This document shows positions 20,201 to 30,199 of a stretch of 64,000 nucleotides of DNA, piece after piece; the first letter of the stretch is position 1; each line of letters begins with the position of its first letter. The translations under genes were made by a program, and so were the position numbers. The notes under the pieces are model-generated. The model was given only the letters and a program-made list of their open reading frames with translations, was not told where the DNA came from and ran no database searches. The stretch comes from Truepera sp. (GTDB lineage Bacteria > Deinococcota > Deinococci > Deinococcales > Trueperaceae): assembly GCA_965218435.1 (NCBI GenBank), contig CBDCKW010000009.1, positions 2,272,001 to 2,336,000 on the forward strand, read 5' to 3'.

Positions 20201-20851
20201 GTGACCACCTTACGAAAATATCTTCCTCACCTGAGCGGTTCGCTCCTGATCTACTGGGGTGCGCTACTGGCAGCACTCTTTTTGTTCGGGCAGTTTGCCG
20301 GTGAGGTTTACGAAAAAGAGGGATTTTTCTTCGACACGCCCGTTCTGAACTGGCTGGCGGCTCATCAAACCCCCTGGTTGGTCGGTCTGGCGCAGGCCCT
20401 GAGCACCTTTGGTGGGCCTCCAGTGTTGGGAGGTGTTGCGGCGGTGGCGGTGCTAGGGCTGTGGTTTGGGTTGCGCGAGTCTCGAGCCGCCCTCTTTTTA
20501 GCCGTAAGTTTAGGTGGGGCGATGCTCTTAAACGTGTTGTTCAAGCTTTTTTTCGCCCGTGTCCGCCCCGACCTGTCGCAACACCTCACCCCGGCCCCCG
20601 GTTACTCGTTTCCCAGTGGGCACGCGATGGGGAGTGCGGCGTTCTTTCTGGCCGTCTTTCTGGTGGTCTTTCACCTGTTTCCGCGCTGGCGCATCCTAGC
20701 CGGGGTGCTGGGCGTCCTGTTAACGCTCGGTATCGGGGGCTCGAGGCTCGTGTTGCAAGTTCACTATCCGTCGGATGTGCTGGCGGGGTGGGCGCTCTCG
20801 GCGGCGTGGGTCTTAGGGGTGAACCTCGTTTATGCGCGTACTCGTCGTTGA
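20201..20851 (+). CDS. PAP2-family membrane phosphatase (possible undecaprenyl-pyrophosphate phosphatase)
   Basis: KLFFARVRP, YSFPSGHA, SRLVLQVHYPSDV. Confidence 0.9.
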   Translation: MTTLRKYLPHLSGSLLIYWGALLAALFLFGQFAGEVYEKEGFFFDTPVLNWLAAHQTPWLVGLAQALSTFGGPPVLGGVAAVAVLGLWFGLRESRAALFLAVSLGGAMLLNVLFKLFFARVRPDLSQHLTPAPGYSFPSGHAMGSAAFFLAVFLVVFHLFPRWRILAGVLGVLLTLGIGGSRLVLQVHYPSDVLAGWALSAAWVLGVNLVYARTRR

Positions 20852-21488
20852 AGATGACCGGGGTATCGGCGACCTCGTGTGCGACGACCTGCGCGAGCAG
20901 GGCTACGCGGTGGACTGGGCGCAAGATGGCGATGAGGCGTTAGGACTTTTGGCAAGCTTTCCCTATGACCTGGTGGTCTTGGACCTGATGCTGCCCGGTC
21001 ACAACGGCTTTGAGATCGTCGAACGCTTGCGCGGCGGGGGTCAAAAGGTGCCAGTCTTGATGCTGACTGCCCGTGACGGCGTAGACGACCGGGTCAAGGG
21101 GCTCGAGCTGGGCGCGGACGACTACCTGGTCAAACCCTTTCATCTGACTGAGTTGCGAGCACGGGTTCGGGCGCTCCTACGGCGCTCACAAGGTGAAGCG
21201 AGCAACCAGATGAACGTCGGGCGGCTCGCGCTCGACGTGGCGCAAAAACGCATCTGGTTTGCCGGAAATGAGGTGCGGCTTTCAGGCCGAGAGTACACGG
21301 TGCTCGAGTTTTTGGCCCTCAATGCCGGGGGCTACTATACGAGAGACACGCTGTTAGAACACGTCTGGCCGGGAGACACCAGCGTTGACCCGCGCACGGT
21401 AGACACCTACATCCGCTACCTGCGGCGCAAATTAGGTGATGAAGTCATCGAAACCGTGCGCGGTCTGGGCTATAGGTTTAGAGGGTGA
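20832..21488 (+). CDS. OmpR/PhoB-family response regulator
   Basis: VLVVEDD, LDLMLPG, LTARD, GADDYLVKPF; winged helix VDTYIRYLRRKL..TVRGLGY. Confidence 0.96.
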   Translation: MRVLVVEDDRGIGDLVCDDLREQGYAVDWAQDGDEALGLLASFPYDLVVLDLMLPGHNGFEIVERLRGGGQKVPVLMLTARDGVDDRVKGLELGADDYLVKPFHLTELRARVRALLRRSQGEASNQMNVGRLALDVAQKRIWFAGNEVRLSGREYTVLEFLALNAGGYYTRDTLLEHVWPGDTSVDPRTVDTYIRYLRRKLGDEVIETVRGLGYRFRG

Positions 21489-22843
21489 CGCTCCGGCTGC
21501 GGCTGACCCTCTTTTATACGCTCTTGGTTGCGTTGGTACTGGCCGTGAGCGGGGTAGGGCTGCACGTGCTGCTCGCCCGTGGTCTCTACCGCAGTCTCGA
21601 CGCCAGTTTGCAACAAGCTGCCAGTTTGCTCTCGGGTTTTATGGAGCAGGAGAACGGCAAACCTCAGCTAAAACCTGAGAGCGAGATCGTCCCACAGCTT
21701 TCCTCGGATTTGGTCGCTGTCTTGGTCGGGTCGAACGGGCAAGTCCTCGATAGCCTGGGGCGCTTGCCGGAGCCCCTACCGCGGGTACAGGCGGGCCTCT
21801 CAACTCAGCGAGGCTGGCGGGTTTGGAGTGAGCCCATTCAGGGGGCAGCCCTGCAAACCTTACAAGATACGCGCAGCATCGCTGAAAGCGTCAGGCGCTT
21901 CGACCTCAGCTTTTTGGTGTTAGCGCCGCTGGCGGTGCTCCTGGCGTTCGGCTTGGGCTACCTCTTTTCCGGTCAGGCGCTCACCCCCGTGCGGCACATG
22001 ACGGACGCGGCGCTCGAGCTGGCCAATCGGCGGGCGTGGGGCGAGCGGTTACCCGAACCCCAAAACCAAGACGAGTTATGGCGCTTGTCGCAGGCGACCA
22101 ATACGCTGCTGGCGGCGCTTGCCGACGTGATCGAGAGCGAACGGCGCTTTACCGCCGACGCCGCCCACGAACTCCGCACGCCCCTGACCGTGTTGCGGGG
22201 CAGGCTCGAGCAGGCGGTCGAAAAGACTAAGGGGAACAGTGCCCAACCCGCTCTCAAAGCGGCTTTAGCTGCCGGTGACGAGCTTTTGGTACTGGTTGAA
22301 AAACTCCTTTTGTTGGCCCGCACCGAAGCGGGGCAGGGCTTTCATTTGGAAACTGTTGCGCTCGACGAAATCGCTTTTGACGTCGCTGAGCTGTTGCGCC
22401 CGCTTTTCGACGCCAAGGGCCTGGGGCTCGAGCTACACCTCCCGGAAGAAGTCCAGGTCGAGGGCGACCGGGTGGCGCTGGGGCTGCTGGTGCGTAATCT
22501 ACTGGAAAATGCGCTTAAATTTACCCCAGCCGGTCATGTTGGCGTACGGGTCGAAAGGCGGCAGGACAAGGCTTATTTGCACGTTTGGGACGGTGGCCCA
22601 GGAGTTCCAGCCGAGGCGCTGGGGCATCTCTTTGAGCGGTTTTACCAGGTAGATGTCCGTCATCGGCAGCTGGGCAACGGGTTGGGGTTGGCCCTCGCCC
22701 AGAGTATCGCATCTTGGCATGGGGGCACGCTTGAGGCTCACAACCGCTCTGAAGGGGGCGCGGTGTTCGTACTCGAGCTACCTGCTGGCAACACCGGTCA
22801 TACCCCCCGACCCGTTTCTAAACTTGTACGCGTACCTTTTTAG
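21485..22843 (+). CDS. Sensor histidine kinase (2 TM, HAMP, HisKA, HATPase)
   Basis: FTADAAHELRTPL, NLLENALKF, DGGPG, FERFY, GLGLALA. Confidence 0.96.
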   Translation: MTLRLRLTLFYTLLVALVLAVSGVGLHVLLARGLYRSLDASLQQAASLLSGFMEQENGKPQLKPESEIVPQLSSDLVAVLVGSNGQVLDSLGRLPEPLPRVQAGLSTQRGWRVWSEPIQGAALQTLQDTRSIAESVRRFDLSFLVLAPLAVLLAFGLGYLFSGQALTPVRHMTDAALELANRRAWGERLPEPQNQDELWRLSQATNTLLAALADVIESERRFTADAAHELRTPLTVLRGRLEQAVEKTKGNSAQPALKAALAAGDELLVLVEKLLLLARTEAGQGFHLETVALDEIAFDVAELLRPLFDAKGLGLELHLPEEVQVEGDRVALGLLVRNLLENALKFTPAGHVGVRVERRQDKAYLHVWDGGPGVPAEALGHLFERFYQVDVRHRQLGNGLGLALAQSIASWHGGTLEAHNRSEGGAVFVLELPAGNTGHTPRPVSKLVRVPF

Positions 22844-23243
22844 ACCTGTCACCTTGCGTCGGTGACTGTCATAAGGATTGGCCCGCGCCGATTACGCTCG
22901 AGGCTGAGACGTACGCAGGGCGAAACTCTCTAGTCCCGGTATCTGGCAAGGTCGGTGGCGGCTTGTACTGGAATTTGCCACGCGGTTTTTCGTACTTGGA
23001 GACGAGATTACCAGCCTCGGCTGGAGGTCAATGGGTCAAGAAGCAGATTAAAAATCTATCCAAAAACCAGAAAAACTGCGCCGGACGCATCTGTCTCTTA
23101 TAACGCGCTTTTCTGGAAGAGCGTTCCCCACACTTTCTCTACGCTTCGTTCGCCGAAGCTGATTTGGTAGGAAAAGAGTTTTTGTTTTTGGACAAGTTCT
23201 CAACCAACAGGCTTATTAACGCTGTTTCCTGAAGCAGTAGGTG

Positions 23244-23873
23244 TTATTCCAAACCTAAGGGTTCAGGCGTTTTGCCGGTAGCTAGCCAGTCTTGAATCTG
23301 TTTGAGGCGTGTAGCAGTTTCGCCCCTAGCCGCTTCGATCAGGTCAGCGGCAACGAGCAGCGCGTTGCTGCGGCGTCCATAAGCGTCATAACCAGCGGCG
23401 GCGAGCGGCGTCCCATGTTCAAAAAGTGCGATAGCTCCGGCGAGCGGCAGTTCGTAGAGGACGTCAACCTCAGCGGGCTCGAGGCGGTAGCTTTCTAAGG
23501 GTGCGTCGCGTAACAGCAGATACGTTTCTTGCAGTTCATTGTCAAGCATGCCCGGGTAGTGACGTTGGGCGCGCGTAGTGCCTAGATAGATAAGTTCGTG
23601 AGGCGAGGCGTCAAAGCCGAGTTCTTCACGCGTCTCACGAAGAACCTCCCGGAGCGTCTCCCCTGCTCTAAAATGACCACCCACCGCAACGTCGAGTTTA
23701 CCGGGCTCGAGTTTACTTTGGGCGCGCCGCTGCAGCAGCACATAGTGCCGGTCTTTAAGGAGCCACACGTGCAGGGTACGGTGCAAGTCGCCACTTTGGT
23801 GAACCGCGCTCCGGCTCTTACTCCGGCCGGTAGGTAGCCCTGCGGCATTTAGTACGTCTAAAAGCTCGCTCAC
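23244..23873 (-). CDS. NUDIX hydrolase (IDI-like subfamily)
   Basis: ELLDVL..G.., HRTLHVW, LLQRRA..K, GGHFRAGE..RETREELG Nudix box. Confidence 0.88.
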   Translation of the reverse strand: MSELLDVLNAAGLPTGRSKSRSAVHQSGDLHRTLHVWLLKDRHYVLLQRRAQSKLEPGKLDVAVGGHFRAGETLREVLRETREELGFDASPHELIYLGTTRAQRHYPGMLDNELQETYLLLRDAPLESYRLEPAEVDVLYELPLAGAIALFEHGTPLAAAGYDAYGRRSNALLVAADLIEAARGETATRLKQIQDWLATGKTPEPLGLE

Positions 23874-23889
23874 AGGGGTACTATACCGT

Positions 23890-24774
23890 GTGGCACTCTT
23901 TTTACGCATAACGCAGGGGAGCTACCGGGGAGGGCGACAACTGGGGCTGATACTCGCTGGCTTACTCGCTGGGCTGCTGTTAGGAAGTTGTGAGGTGGCA
24001 GCCGTGCCCGAACGGAGCTTTGGATTGGTCGTTCCGATCTATAATAGCGCGGGGCTAGGGGCGGCGCTAACGACCCTGAAGCCGCACTTACGCGCGAAAG
24101 ACCGCTTTATGCTCGTGTCAGGTAATACTGACGGAGAGATCGACGTCGCTTGGCTTAATGAGGCGGCGCTCGAGTTGCGCAGCGTCTATCAGACGGCCCC
24201 TATCTACGCCGCGACGAGCGGTCTTAAAAATATCGGGGCGGCGGCGCAGGGGGTCTCAAACTTGTTCACCGCCGTTGTCTATATCTATGAACCCAATTTT
24301 CCCAATCAACCGGAGTTTAGCTGGGATTTTGAAACGACGCTCTCACGGTTTGACGACGTCGGTAAGCAGGTGCGGAAAAACGGCTTTCGGGCCGTCGGTA
24401 AACCGACCGGTCGGCCCATCTTACAGTCTAACTTGCAGTCTTACAACTGGAACTACGGCCGACTTGCCGAGAGCGTTGACGAGCTGTTCGTGCAAACCCA
24501 GACCTACTGTAAAGACGGCCCGTCAGCGTTCGCGTCGGCGCTCGACACCTTGAGCGAACAGTTTCAGGGGCACGCTAAAACGTCGTGGGTGCCGCAAGTA
24601 ACGATTGACCCGGACGCCCCCAACGGTACGACCGTGACTCAGGCGCGGGCCTGCTTGGAAGAGGCCAAACGGCGGGGGCGCTCGGGCGCAGTGCTCTGGT
24701 GGTCACCTAACTTTGTGGACAAAGCGGTCGCGTTTATCGCGTCACTGAACGCCGACGCCGCGCTCGCGCACTGA
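23890..24774 (+). CDS. Putative lipoprotein, possibly glycoside-hydrolase-like (start uncertain)
   Basis: Hydrophobic stretch ending in the lipobox-like LLGSC; 294 aa ORF with alternating beta/alpha pattern; function inferred only. Confidence 0.55.
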   Translation: MALFLRITQGSYRGGRQLGLILAGLLAGLLLGSCEVAAVPERSFGLVVPIYNSAGLGAALTTLKPHLRAKDRFMLVSGNTDGEIDVAWLNEAALELRSVYQTAPIYAATSGLKNIGAAAQGVSNLFTAVVYIYEPNFPNQPEFSWDFETTLSRFDDVGKQVRKNGFRAVGKPTGRPILQSNLQSYNWNYGRLAESVDELFVQTQTYCKDGPSAFASALDTLSEQFQGHAKTSWVPQVTIDPDAPNGTTVTQARACLEEAKRRGRSGAVLWWSPNFVDKAVAFIASLNADAALAH

Positions 24775-26608
24775 CCACGCCTAGTTTTTGTTCAACTGCG
24801 CCAAGGGGTTGACCAAAGGGCAAGGTAAAGAGCATCTCGAGGCTGTAATAACTGCGCAGCAGCCGAAAAAGAATATAAAGCGGGAGATAAAGCAGCAGGC
24901 CGAACTGACGGTACGCGGCGATCACGGCTACACTGACCAAAAACGGCAAACCGATCACGACCGAGGCGAGCGCCGCCCCGCCCCGCAGCGCGAGCGCGTC
25001 GGGGGTAAGGAGCAGCGTCACCCCGCCAAAAAGCAGCAGCGGCACCGTTACCGAGCGCCGCGCGACCTGCAAAAGCGCCCACGGCAGGCTGAACACGCCG
25101 CGCACCCCTTGCCGCGTCTGCATCGCCGAGCGGTTACGCGCCGCAACGTGAAAGGTGCTCCGAAACCACCGGAGCCGCTGCTCACGCAAATTAGCCAGAG
25201 TACGTGGGACTTCTGAATAGACGTGCAAGCCGGGGTCGTTGATCAACCGGTAGCCGAGCCGACCGATCCGCAGCACGATGTCGGTGTCCTCGCCGTTAAT
25301 CTCTTCGGCGAAGCCGCCGAGCGTATCGAGGCAGCTCCGGCGGTACGCCGAAAAAACCCCTGACAGGCTCAGTACACCGTCCACCGCGCTCATCCCTAAG
25401 CGGACAAAACCTTGGTTGAGGTAAACTTCGGTCGCACGCATTTTCGCGAGCAGCGGGCGCGGCTCGAGCGGTAGCGGCAGCCCGCTCACTGCGCCGACGC
25501 CGTCATCGGCAAAGTGCGGGATCGTTTTAGCGAGCAAGTTGGGCGAGACCTGTGTGTCGGCGTCTACCCGGACGACGATATCTTCTTTGATATAGCTGAG
25601 ACCCAGGTTGAGCGCCTTGGATTTGCCCGGCTCCAGGCACTCTAAGACGACGCCGTCAAGCGCGGCGCAGCGCCTCAGCTCAACTTCAGCTAGGGCGCGG
25701 GTCAGGTCTTCCGAGCCGTTATCCACGAGATAAAGCCGACATACCCGCCCGTACCGCTGCGCCGCCACGTCGAGGCTACGGATACAGTCGGCGATATTTT
25801 CCGCTTCGTTTAAGGCCGGTACCAGAAATGCGACGGTAAAACGGATGTCGCCGGTTTTGCCGCGTAAAGAGACCAGTTCAGCTGCAACCAATACAGCGAT
25901 AAACACCGGAAAAAAGAGCAGGATGCCCGGGCCGAGGCCACCGAGTAACGCCACGTTTCTGAGAAACTCGAGGGGTGCAGCCAGCAGGTGGTTGGCGGCA
26001 AAAGAGACGACGCCCGCAACGATGAGCGCAAAAGTGAAACGCACGAGGTAACGTTTAGGGCGTCGCCGCTGCTCCCGAACCCGTTCGTCGTCCGGTAAGG
26101 TCGCTTGCCTGAGAATCACCCAGGAGAACGCGCCGAGCAGCGCAAAACCCAGCACGAGGTTGGTCAACGTAAGGGTAAACGAGCTGCCTAAGAGACTCCT
26201 TAGATTGATAAAAAGGGCGTCGAGTAACAGCGTCAAGAGTGTAAAGATAAGGCTCAGGCTCGCCAGCAGCTTGAGCCGCCAGCCCCAGGTTCCGGCAGCA
26301 AAGAGCGCAAAGGTCACAAAAAACGCCAGAAAAAAAGGCCGCAACCGTAACGAGATTTCAGCAGGCGCACCCACAACGTTGAGGTGACCTATCAAACTGC
26401 TGTAAAGCGGTTCAGCGAGCGGCGCAAGCCGCGCAAAAACAGCAAAGACACCCGTCAAGACCAGAAGAAACGCCGGAACCAACCACGGCGAACGCGGCAC
26501 CGAAAAGTGGCGCGGGGCGCTGTCTGCCGTTTGCAAGCTGACAGTTGGCATTTTCCTTAATCTTGGGTCTGCTTCCGGTTTTGCTTCCAACTTCTTTGGT
26601 AGGTTCAT
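24734..26608 (-). CDS. Processive family-2 glycosyltransferase with N-terminal membrane domain (PgaC/IcaA-like catalytic core)
   Basis: LVPALNE, VDNGSED, GKSKALN, VDAD, GEDTD, QRLRW motifs. Confidence 0.9.
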   Translation of the reverse strand: MNLPKKLEAKPEADPRLRKMPTVSLQTADSAPRHFSVPRSPWLVPAFLLVLTGVFAVFARLAPLAEPLYSSLIGHLNVVGAPAEISLRLRPFFLAFFVTFALFAAGTWGWRLKLLASLSLIFTLLTLLLDALFINLRSLLGSSFTLTLTNLVLGFALLGAFSWVILRQATLPDDERVREQRRRPKRYLVRFTFALIVAGVVSFAANHLLAAPLEFLRNVALLGGLGPGILLFFPVFIAVLVAAELVSLRGKTGDIRFTVAFLVPALNEAENIADCIRSLDVAAQRYGRVCRLYLVDNGSEDLTRALAEVELRRCAALDGVVLECLEPGKSKALNLGLSYIKEDIVVRVDADTQVSPNLLAKTIPHFADDGVGAVSGLPLPLEPRPLLAKMRATEVYLNQGFVRLGMSAVDGVLSLSGVFSAYRRSCLDTLGGFAEEINGEDTDIVLRIGRLGYRLINDPGLHVYSEVPRTLANLREQRLRWFRSTFHVAARNRSAMQTRQGVRGVFSLPWALLQVARRSVTVPLLLFGGVTLLLTPDALALRGGAALASVVIGLPFLVSVAVIAAYRQFGLLLYLPLYILFRLLRSYYSLEMLFTLPFGQPLGAVEQKLGVVSARARRRRSVTR

Positions 26609-26723
26609 GGTGTTCCTCACTTCAACTCGCCAACAGCCCTAACTATACCCTGACTTTTTGCAACTCGGTTTTTGGTTTTTGAAACCTTGCAGTGCCCGGG
26701 CAGATTGGATAAACTAGCCGTAC

Positions 26724-26800
26724 GCGCCCGTAGCTCAGTAGGATAGAGCAGGGGACTCCTAAGCCCAAGGTCATCCGTTCGATTCGGATCGGGCGCACCA
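26724..26800 (+). tRNA. tRNA-Arg (anticodon CCT) with encoded CCA
   Basis: Acceptor stem GCGCCCG/CGGGCGC, D arm AGCTCAGTAGGATAGAGC, loop CTCCTAA, T arm ATCCG-TTCGATT-CGGAT, ACCA end; anticodon stem has two mismatches. Confidence 0.93.
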
Positions 26801-26867
26801 TAAACCGCACGTTATAAACGCAAGCTTAAGCCTCGCTGAAGAGCGGGGCTATCTCTTAAGTGCCAAG

Positions 26868-28868
26868 CTACCTTACCTGTAACTCAGGTGTGCATGCTAA
26901 AAACCTTTCGGCTTCATGCGCCGGGAGCGGTTTAGAGACGTAAAACCCCTGAAAGGACTCACACAACAGACCTTGTAAACACTCGAGCTGGGCCTCTGTT
27001 TCAACCCCTTCGGCCACGACCTGCAGCTCGAGCGCGTGCGCGACCGAGACGATCACCTGAACGAGCTTGACACTCGCTTCACCGTGGGTCAACTGCTTGA
27101 CAAAGCTGCGGTCAATTTCGAGCGTGTCTACCGGAAACTGCTGCAGATACGCCAGCGACGAATACCCCGTACCAAAGTCGTCCATGTGGAGCTTTAGGCC
27201 GAGAGCTTTAAGTTGTTCCAAGGTCTTTACGACCGCTGCGGAACTCGTCACGATCACCCCTTCGGTAATTTCTAAAGGCAACGCCGCCGCGTCTATGCCG
27301 GTCTTTGAGACGAGCGCAGTGACAAACGCTACCAGGTCGAGTTGAGCAAAACTCCGACTCGATAAGTTCAGGCTGAGCGTCGGGGCCGCCTCCGGGAAGG
27401 CCCGTTGCCAAAGGCTGAGCTGCGCTGCCCCTTCGCGCAGCACCCAGCGGTCAACCTCTAAGATCAGGCCGGTCTCTTCAGCCAGCGGGATAAACTCAGC
27501 CGGGGAAACGGTACCGTGTTTTGGGTGCCGCCACCGCACCAGCGCCTCAAACCCGGTTGTGTGACCGGTCGCCAGCGAGACGATGGGTTGATAGTAAAGC
27601 GTCAATTCGCCCCGTTCAGCCGCGCCCCGCAGGTCACCCTCCAAGGTCATCAAGCTAAGGGCACGTTCGCGCAGCTCGCCTGTGAAGACCTCAAACCCGG
27701 CTGTGCCCTTAGCCTTGGCCCGGTACATAGCGCGAGGTCGGCGTCGCGGAGGACGTCTTCAGGAAACCGGTGACTCACCTCAGAGAGCACGATCCCGGTA
27801 CTCGTCGAGACATGTAGGGTATATGGTCTGCAAGCTCAACAGGGCGCTCGAGCGCCCTGTTGATTCGCCCCGCGAGCGCCTCAGCCGTAGCCAGCGACGA
27901 GACCTCGAGCAAAATGGTAAACTCGTCGCCGAGCCGCGCGTCCGTATCGAGTTCACGGACGCAGCTTTTCAGCCTCTGGCTAAAGGTGACGAGCAGCGCG
28001 TCACCGACGTGATGACCGAGCGAATCGTTGATGACCTTAAAGCGGTTAAGGTCTAAAATAAAACGGCGAAACTCATTTCTGGCTGGCGTTCGCGCCTGAG
28101 CAGGGCCTGCTCGAGCCGGTCGGTTAAGAACGCCCGGTTAGGCAGTCCTGTCAGGCTGTCGTGGAGCGCGTTATAGACCAAGCTTTTACGGCCCCGCGCG
28201 AGGTCACGTTCCAGCGGATAAAAGATCAGCAGCCCCTCGAGCAAAAGCGTAAGCAGCGTCACCGCTAAGACGCCTGTTTCAAACTTAAGGTTGGCAATCT
28301 GCTGATTGGCCTCCCGCTCGTACTGAGCAGCGGCGGTACCGAGCGACGTCAGGAGCCGACCCGGAGCCGTTACCAAGATACGCTGCAGCTCGGGATTTTG
28401 AGGGGTCAGCGCCGCGTCGGGAGCGGCCAACAGACGCCGGACACAGGCGAGATAGTCGCGTACTTGGGTATCTAGCTCGAGCGGCGGGGAGAAGTAGAAA
28501 GCGGCAAGAGCCGGTGAGAGGTCGGCGGGGTCTGCCGCAGTTGCAGTCTGGTTGGTCAGCCCTAGATGCGCACGCTCCATCAGGTTGACCGCCGCTGCAG
28601 TTCGTCTCTCGCAGCTTTTCGCTGGGCACGGTTTTGGGCGAGAACGAGTTCTTGCGCAAAGAGTGCCGTGCGCTGTGAGAGCATCCGCTGACGACCACTC
28701 GTATTGATCACCGCCGCGTTGTTAGCCTGTACGCCTATCACGCAGCCTAAAAGATCGTAGGCGCTCGTGCTGAGAAACGCTACCAGGTAACGCGCCCTAC
28801 CGTGCCGAAGGCAGCCGACCACGCCCTCACGTTTTTCTCGACTTTTTCGCTGACCTGCTCGAGCCCAT
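26868..28868 (-). pseudogene. Fragmented PilJ/NarX-like sensor - GGDEF - EAL diguanylate cyclase/phosphodiesterase
   Basis: Pieces INTSGRQRMLSQR (28580-28909 ORF), HDSLTGLPNR (28053-28580), out-of-frame DLNRFKVINDSLGHHVGD..RLGDEF, and intact EAL domain (EALVRW, DDFGTGYSSL) at 26868-27728; frameshifts near 28595 and 28056. Confidence 0.88.
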
Positions 28869-28946
28869 ACGCCCAGCGTAAAGGTGCAAGTCTTACGAAA
28901 CATGCACACGCTCAGCCTTCGGACGTTCGAGCGCCCGGCACGCCGT

Positions 28947-29612
28947 CTAAGCGTGAGCCTCCAACCACGTGCGGATCAGCGGATAACTCCGGCTGGGAAC
29001 GCGGTGCCGTCCGGGAAGCTCGAGCCACGTCAGGTTAGGAGCGCAGAGCTCGAGCACCGCCCGAAACTCTTTTACTTTGTCGGACGGATACACTTTATCG
29101 TCTTGCGGTGCGATATGCAGCACCGGCGTCTCTAAACGCACACTACGGTCTAAACTGCTCCAATCCGAAGGAGCTGCGCCCGCTACGGCGATGAGGCCGA
29201 GAACATAGTCGGGGTAGGCGGCAGCAAAACGGTAGTTGAGGCTGATCGACTGCGAAAACCCGAACAAAAACGCGCCGCGCCGCCCCGTCAGCCCCAGCGA
29301 AAACGCCTCGTCAATCACGTGCCGGATAAACTCGTGATGGTTGGCGACGTCTTCAGCCGGTCGGTACGCGCTCACCCAACTAAAGCCCACGTCGGCCCCC
29401 GGTCGCGGTGATAAAAGCTGCGCGTGCGGGGCTTGTAGCGCAACTATCGGCCAGTCTTTACGGATAGATTTGCCAAAATGCAGCGCGGTCTCCTTACGCT
29501 GGCCGTAACCGTGAAGACACACCAAGAGGGGTGGAGCGGCGGCGGTGTCAGTAGGGATGTAGAAATCGTAGTAGTACGAGATGGGTTGCTGAAAACTTTT
29601 GGCGTGCAGCAC
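28947..29612 (-). CDS. Alpha/beta hydrolase (phospholipase/carboxylesterase type)
   Basis: LLVCLHGYGQ, LFGFSQ nucleophile elbow, C-terminal GRH. Confidence 0.8.
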   Translation of the reverse strand: MLHAKSFQQPISYYYDFYIPTDTAAAPPLLVCLHGYGQRKETALHFGKSIRKDWPIVALQAPHAQLLSPRPGADVGFSWVSAYRPAEDVANHHEFIRHVIDEAFSLGLTGRRGAFLFGFSQSISLNYRFAAAYPDYVLGLIAVAGAAPSDWSSLDRSVRLETPVLHIAPQDDKVYPSDKVKEFRAVLELCAPNLTWLELPGRHRVPSRSYPLIRTWLEAHA

Positions 29613-29626
29613 GTTAGCGGGACCTA

Positions 29627-30199
29627 CTAGCGGTACACGCCGAGCAGATACGCGGTCACCCCGGCTGCTTCGCGCAGCAGGTACGGGAGGCGGGGGCCGT
29701 GCGTGGTGACCGGTGCGACCGCAGCCTCGAGGCCGAGATGTCGGGCCAAAAGGCTCGTACGGTACGCGTGCAGGTCGTCGGTAACGATAACGATGTGTTG
29801 GCCCCGGAGGAGCGGTTCACTGTTATGCAGGTTCTGGTAGCTCGAGCGGCTCCTGCGTTCACTTAGCAGCGCCGACTCGGGTACCCCATGCTCTGCGAGG
29901 TAACGCACCCCGGCTTCCCCTTCGGTAAATCTGTCACCCTCTCTTTTGCCCCCGGTGACCAAGATACGCGGCGCACACCCAGCCTGGTAAAGCTCAAGCG
30001 CCCGGTCAAGTCGCCGCGCGAAGACCGGCGACGGCACCCCGTCGTACTGCGCTGCGCCCATCACCACCAGCGTGTCGGCGGGGCAGTGGGAGCTGTAGGC
30101 GTGTGCGTCTTGCGCGTGTGACACCCGGCTCGAGCCCGAAAGGTAGACGAGCGCCAGCAAACCGATCCCGACAGCAGAGAGTCGCCGTAACGCCAGCAT
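29627..30199 (-). CDS. YdcF / DUF218 family protein
   Basis: VVMGAAQYDG.PSPVFARRLD.A, VTGG, SRSSYQNL, IVTDDLHAYR, REAAG. Confidence 0.9.
   Translation of the reverse strand: MLALRRLSAVGIGLLALVYLSGSSRVSHAQDAHAYSSHCPADTLVVMGAAQYDGVPSPVFARRLDRALELYQAGCAPRILVTGGKREGDRFTEGEAGVRYLAEHGVPESALLSERRSRSSYQNLHNSEPLLRGQHIVIVTDDLHAYRTSLLARHLGLEAAVAPVTTHGPRLPYLLREAAGVTAYLLGVYR

Noticed and set aside
22870..23240. Coding remnant in the spacer after the histidine kinase (including ORF 22955-23170)
   Set aside because: No recognisable motif or RBS in any frame; cannot be supported without a search.
26724..28900. tRNA-anchored integrative element
   Set aside because: No integrase or transposase in the window, and I found no second copy of the tRNA 3-prime end.
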